This document shows, piece after piece, positions 8,347 through 11,184 of a DNA stretch of 11,184 nucleotides (position 1 is the stretch's first letter; every line of letters begins with the position of its first letter). The notes below the pieces were generated by a model. It worked only from the letters and a program-made list of their open reading frames with translations. It searched no databases and was not told the origin of the DNA. Origin of the DNA: Candidatus Heimdallarchaeota archaeon (GTDB lineage: Archaea; Asgardarchaeota; Heimdallarchaeia; Hodarchaeales; Hodarchaeaceae); the NCBI GenBank assembly GCA_011364965.1, contig RDOB01000015.1, forward strand, positions 1-11,184. The letters run 5' to 3'. The position numbers were made by a program, and so were the translations under genes.

Positions 8347-8354
8347 TATTTAAA
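8347..8354 (-). promoter_or_regulatory. Candidate archaeal TATA box for the BMP/ABC operon
   Basis: TTTAAATA on the minus strand 36-43 nt upstream of the ATG at 8311, with purine-rich GAAAAA further upstream. AT-rich background makes this tentative. Confidence 0.35.
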
Positions 8355-8368
8355 CATTAGCGATTTTT

Positions 8369-8481
8369 CATGATAGATTTGGCGCTTGCTCTGCTGTCTG
8401 TACCTTGGTTGGACAATTATTTTAGTGATTTTGCCTTTTCTAGACTGAGATTCTTTCCCTGATTATGTTATTTACTAGGTA
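8369..8481 (+). repeat. Structured dispersed repeat, copy D (right half only)
   Basis: ttggcgcttgctctgctgtctgtaccttggttgg (8379-8412) matches C 11113-11146 at 30/34 positions. Also catgatag (8369-8376 = 11092-11099), gtgattttg (8425-8433 = 11159-11167) and tgattatgtt (8460-8469 = A 3204-3213). Confidence 0.8.
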
Positions 8482-8576
8482 AATCCTTTAAGTCTAGAAT
8501 TCCTATTGTGAGAGAAAGCTAGAATTCATAGAGTGAAAGATTATTCATTCTTCATACCTTATGTGGGGTTGTTAAA

Positions 8577-9278
8577 GTGGTTGAAATGGACGCAAAGAAG
8601 CAAAAGGAACCATCAGAGAGTCCGAAACCTCAGCGTAAAATCCTTCTGATGGCTTTAAGTGCTTCAGGACGCACGGGAATTGCGAAGAAATTTATCGATG
8701 AAACCTGGCCGCAGGATGACAAAGCATACTACAAACCAACTATTGATTACGAACGCCACACACGTGTGATATGTGGGACTGAATTCGTAGTGTTTGATTG
8801 CGGGGGACAAACCGCCTTTATGGACCAATTTACTGGCAAGTTAGCTGAATTTATGTTCTCAAAAGTAGCAAGTTTAGTGTTCTGTGTAAATGCGTCTGCG
8901 AATGGTATTGGCCAGATCTCCCGAGCAAAATATTATTTTGACCTGGCGTTACACCGACTTGAGACTTACAGTCCCTCCGCAATGGTCTTCCTGATCCTCA
9001 CGAAAATGGATCTAGTTCCAGAATCCCTTGAAGAAGAAGTAGTGGAAGCCATCATCACCTATATACTCCATCAAGTACCGAAAAAAGTCATAATTTTTCA
9101 CACCTCGATTTTTGATTATACCGCCACGCAAGCGGTAGAATCCATTATTCGGGCAAACCTCCAGGTTTTTGATCCGGTTATCAGTCAACTCAACGGGAAA
9201 CGTTTCAAGACTCTCGAAGATCCGTTTCATACGCAAGCTATTCAGGAAGCACTCCGAATCCTCAAGTCCACGGATTAA
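8577..9278 (+). CDS. Gtr1/RagA-family small GTPase (G-domain only) with a non-canonical P-loop
   Basis: RKILLMALSASGRT (G1), PTIDYE (G2), FDCGGQ (G3), TKMD (G4) and TSIFD (G5) parallel Gtr1/RagA motifs MGxSGSGKS, ATIDVE, WDCGGQ, HKMD and TSIWD. No C-terminal roadblock domain. The start may be ATG 8586 rather than GTG 8577. Confidence 0.85.
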   Translation: MVEMDAKKQKEPSESPKPQRKILLMALSASGRTGIAKKFIDETWPQDDKAYYKPTIDYERHTRVICGTEFVVFDCGGQTAFMDQFTGKLAEFMFSKVASLVFCVNASANGIGQISRAKYYFDLALHRLETYSPSAMVFLILTKMDLVPESLEEEVVEAIITYILHQVPKKVIIFHTSIFDYTATQAVESIIRANLQVFDPVISQLNGKRFKTLEDPFHTQAIQEALRILKSTD

Positions 9279-9503
9279 AAGGGATTTTTGGAATCCTAGC
9301 GTATTCTAAAGCTCCTACTTTTTTAGTAATAATCTGGACTGCTCATTTGCTCAGGATTTATTCTATAAGTGCGTTAATTGTGGTAAGATGTAGCTTGGAT
9401 TAACTGACGACTGGACTTAGGCTAATCCCTAAGACATGAAAAACTCTATAAACATGCTTTTCTTTTTTTTGCATTAAATGTACTAACAGGATGATTAATT
9501 AAG

Positions 9504-10211
9504 GTGAAGCTGCAATCCGCACTAACAACAATTGGCTTTTTAGCCTTATTCATATCTCCTATTTTTTCAGCCATGGGAATCCAGACAGAAGTCGCTTATA
9601 GAGAGTTCCCTGTCGGAAATGCATATTCGTGGCAATTTCTGACAGTTTTAAATGATTCCCAACCATGTTATACTACTTGGCGTAGTGGATTAGATAACTT
9701 GACACAAAATGATAAAATATCTCTGAAAATTCTCTTTTCCACCAACTCTTCCCTTAGATATGAAATTTCTGCCAATAGTCAATCATTTGAGGAAGGATTT
9801 GTGTTAAATTCCTTCTTACAACAACTAGGAGAAGGAAATTCATATATACACCTCGGGTACTATTTTTTCCTTCCAACAGGAGAGGAATTCTGGAGCGAAC
9901 TGGCATTGCACATTAGTTCTACTATCCCAGCCGCTGATGTCCACAATAGGGAATCCATTTTTTCATTTAATGCTTCAACAATCTTTCATCAAACATATTC
10001 TTGGGAGTTTGATAAAGCAACTGGTCTTTTGAGATCATTTAGGCAAATTGTGCGGGATCCCAACTTGAATTATGGACCACGTACCCCAGATGAATTGTAT
10101 TTACTTCGGACGGATTTGAAGTCGAAGTTACCCGAACTCACTCATATAACTGTTGGAATATTGATTCTCGGAGGCTTCATTCTGTTACTTGTGCTTAGAA
10201 AGAGACAATAA
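9504..10211 (+). CDS. Hypothetical type-I membrane/cell-surface protein
   Basis: N-terminal signal-like hydrophobic stretch, beta-rich ectodomain with sequons (NDS, NLT, NSS, NAS) and a WEFDKATGLL motif, C-terminal TM helix ITVGILILGGFILLLVL followed by RKRQ. Confidence 0.75.
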   Translation: MKLQSALTTIGFLALFISPIFSAMGIQTEVAYREFPVGNAYSWQFLTVLNDSQPCYTTWRSGLDNLTQNDKISLKILFSTNSSLRYEISANSQSFEEGFVLNSFLQQLGEGNSYIHLGYYFFLPTGEEFWSELALHISSTIPAADVHNRESIFSFNASTIFHQTYSWEFDKATGLLRSFRQIVRDPNLNYGPRTPDELYLLRTDLKSKLPELTHITVGILILGGFILLLVLRKRQ

Positions 10212-10245
10212 GCTATTATTTGAGTTATGCACTTAGACGACAAAA

Positions 10246-10926
10246 TTATGATTCTTGATCCATGGAAGCTCCTTGAGCTGTTAAAGCTTTCTTCGCTAGT
10301 TCGGTGAGGATATATTCCACCTGGGATTTTTTATCTGTGAGAGTGATTTCGTAATATGGTATATTATGCTTCTTTGTAAATGCTTGCACATCCGCTATAT
10401 CGACGGGAATTAATTCAATTGCTTTTGCTTTTGGATGTTTTTTACCTTGTTTTTTACCTAATATCCGCTGAATTTGTCTAATAAATTTCCTTACATACCC
10501 TATTTCGGTTATTCTAGGCTCTTTAGTCCTAATTTCTTCAGTTCTAATTTCTTCAGTTCTAGGTTCTTCAATGCCTATCAGAGCAATTGGAATAGATGCG
10601 TCTGGGATATGTTTTCGGAATTCCGCTAACCAACTTAAAGCAAAAGTTTTCTTTTCATTTAGAGCGAATATTATTAAACAAGCCGATGCTCCTCTGTAAT
10701 AGCTAGGCCTGAGTTTACCAAAAAATTCCTGTCCTGCAGTATCCACAAGAATGAGCTTCACTCGATTATTCCCGATCTGAATTTTTTTAGTTGTGATATC
10801 CACTCCCAAAGTTGGCATATAATTGGTCGTAAATTTACCTTCTGCATATACCCTGACTAGTTGTGTTTTATATTTTGAGGCTCCTATTATACAGATCTTC
10901 AGTAAATACTCGTTTTCCCCACTCAT
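10246..10926 (-). CDS. Rab-like small GTPase-fold protein with degenerate G1/G4/G5 (probable pseudoGTPase)
   Basis: YLLKICIIG start, YMPTLGVDI (G2/RabF1), KLILVDTAGQE (G3), YYRGA (RabF4). G1 is GASKYKT, the G4 position reads GIEE and the G5 position reads EITL. No C-terminal cysteines. Confidence 0.85.
   Translation of the reverse strand: MSGENEYLLKICIIGASKYKTQLVRVYAEGKFTTNYMPTLGVDITTKKIQIGNNRVKLILVDTAGQEFFGKLRPSYYRGASACLIIFALNEKKTFALSWLAEFRKHIPDASIPIALIGIEEPRTEEIRTEEIRTKEPRITEIGYVRKFIRQIQRILGKKQGKKHPKAKAIELIPVDIADVQAFTKKHNIPYYEITLTDKKSQVEYILTELAKKALTAQGASMDQES
10511..10570 (-). repeat. Four imperfect 15-bp in-frame tandem repeats inside the Rab-like gene (EEPRT-EEIRT-EEIRT-KEPRI)
   Basis: Plus-strand units attctaggctcttta / gtcctaatttcttca / gttctaatttcttca / gttctaggttcttca. 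Confidence 0.9.
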
Positions 10927-10990
10927 CGGATTTCTCGTTTTTTAAAGCAGTGCTGGTTCATAAATCTTCCTAATCATAGTAGTCTTCTTA

Positions 10991-11167
10991 TTCGTTAGCT
11001 GTCCCTCACTGCAGGAGGGCTACTATTTAGCACCTAGTATGGATATTGAGATTTTTTAAAAAAATCCCTAGTGAGACAGCGATAGAAGCAGCATGATAGG
11101 TATTCATACAACTTGGCGCTGGATCTGATGTCTGTACGTTGGTTGGGAAGTATTTAGCGTGATTTTG
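10991..11167 (+). repeat. Structured dispersed repeat, copy C (full core, may continue beyond the window end)
   Basis: Colinear with copy A over ~150 bp. Left half matches B (32/34) and right half matches D (30/34). Begins ~65 bp upstream of the Rab-like start codon. Confidence 0.85.
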
Positions 11168-11184
11168 TAGGATACATCGGTTTT

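Noticed and set aside
272-9236. Short ORFs of 62-99 aa in the track that overlap the main genes
   Set aside because: All lie antisense or out of frame within well-supported CDSs and show no recognisable motifs, so they are treated as shadow ORFs.
9280-9436. Possible further repeat remnants (agggattttt at 9280; aatccctaagaca at 9424) and small hairpins
   Set aside because: Matches are only 8-10 nt in AT-rich sequence and are not colinear with other blocks.
10995-11022. IS200/IS605-type end: the minus strand reads AGCCCTC...GAGGGACAGCTAAC
   Set aside because: The resemblance is loose, the hairpin is weaker in A and B, no conserved terminal tetranucleotide is evident and no tnpA/tnpB is present. 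It remains a possible origin of the repeat to test against ISfinder.

Overview
AT-rich archaeal DNA, most likely from an Asgard archaeon (inferred from stand-alone Rag-like and Rab-like small GTPases next to prokaryote-style operons with Shine-Dalgarno sites and oligo-U terminators). From left to right: (i) the 3' part of a large acidic surface protein with DxDxDG/TSP3-like repeats, open from the window start; (ii) an unannotated, stop-interrupted fragment resembling the C-terminal half of a small GTPase; (iii) a four-gene BMP-family nucleoside/purine-type ABC importer on the minus strand; (iv) a Gtr1/RagA-like GTPase, a type-I membrane protein and a Rab-like protein, both GTPase-fold proteins having non-canonical P-loops. 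The most unusual signal is non-coding: a same-orientation repeat with a ~150-bp core (unit possibly ~244 bp) and covarying hairpins. It has two full-core copies (A ~3000-3247, C ~10991-11167) and two complementary half copies (B ~3248-3318 is the left half, D ~8369-8481 is the right half) that bracket the 5-kb ABC operon. This looks like one element split by, or carrying, the operon, in a neighbourhood of small-GTPase genes. All alignments and pairings were done by eye; no database searches were run.
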